Assembly (NCBI GenBank): GCA_036172245.1
Contig: JAYWIR010000007.1
Span: 1,178,001-1,242,000, forward strand
Direction of reading: 5' to 3'
From: Raillietiella orientalis
Lineage: Eukaryota
DNA length: 64,000 bases
Notes under the pieces: generated by a model
What the model saw: the letters and a program-made list of their open reading frames with translations, nothing else
Databases searched by the model: none
What the model was told of the DNA's origin: nothing
In this document: positions 63,901 through 64,000 of the stretch, piece after piece
How positions within the stretch are numbered: position 1 is the stretch's first letter
Layout of the letters: the number at the start of each line of letters is the position of its first letter
Position numbers and translations under genes: made by a program

Positions 63901-64000
63901 GCGCCGGTGGACGCCCGAGAGGACGGAAGCTGCCATCAAGCGCTCTCCCTCCGTGGGCTGCCACGCTCGCCTGCTAGCTGGGTCGAACCTCCTCCGCCAG

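Overview
This is eukaryotic (intron-containing) genomic DNA, probably from an arthropod or similar invertebrate, not prokaryotic DNA. No CRISPR array, rRNA gene or intact tRNA gene was found. It alternates between AT-rich, CpG-depleted blocks (about 1-500, 17.9-19.4 kb, 22.6-30.5 kb, 47.2-51.2 kb) and GC/CpG-rich blocks full of decayed non-LTR retrotransposons. Five spliced genes can be built by hand from GT-AG signals and reading-frame phase: (1) an orphan 107-aa N-terminally anchored protein (+, 14922-15350); (2) CENP-X/MHF2 (-, 24949-25277); (3) an MMD-like PAQR/hemolysin-III membrane protein (-, 25544-26453), ending only 266 nt upstream of the CENP-X ATG; (4) a two-TM protein with PPxY motifs (-, exons 44088-44354 and 37049-37459); (5) a 7-exon secreted trypsin-like S1A protease (-, 57292-60919) with an intact catalytic triad but an atypical IVVDG motif in place of IVSWG. 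Most other ORFs in the six-frame track are GC-rich noise or fragments of L1/Tx1-like LINEs. These include one copy nested antisense inside a related copy with a 16-bp target-site duplication, and two LINE families whose 3' ends carry conserved stem-loops and no poly(A). I found no clear-cut new multi-gene system. The best leads are the possible MMD-CENPX dicistronic unit, the hairpin-terminated LINEs, the atypical protease, the two uncharacterised membrane proteins, very short candidate introns (32-33 nt), and a CpG-void 3.5-kb decayed island of unknown origin.
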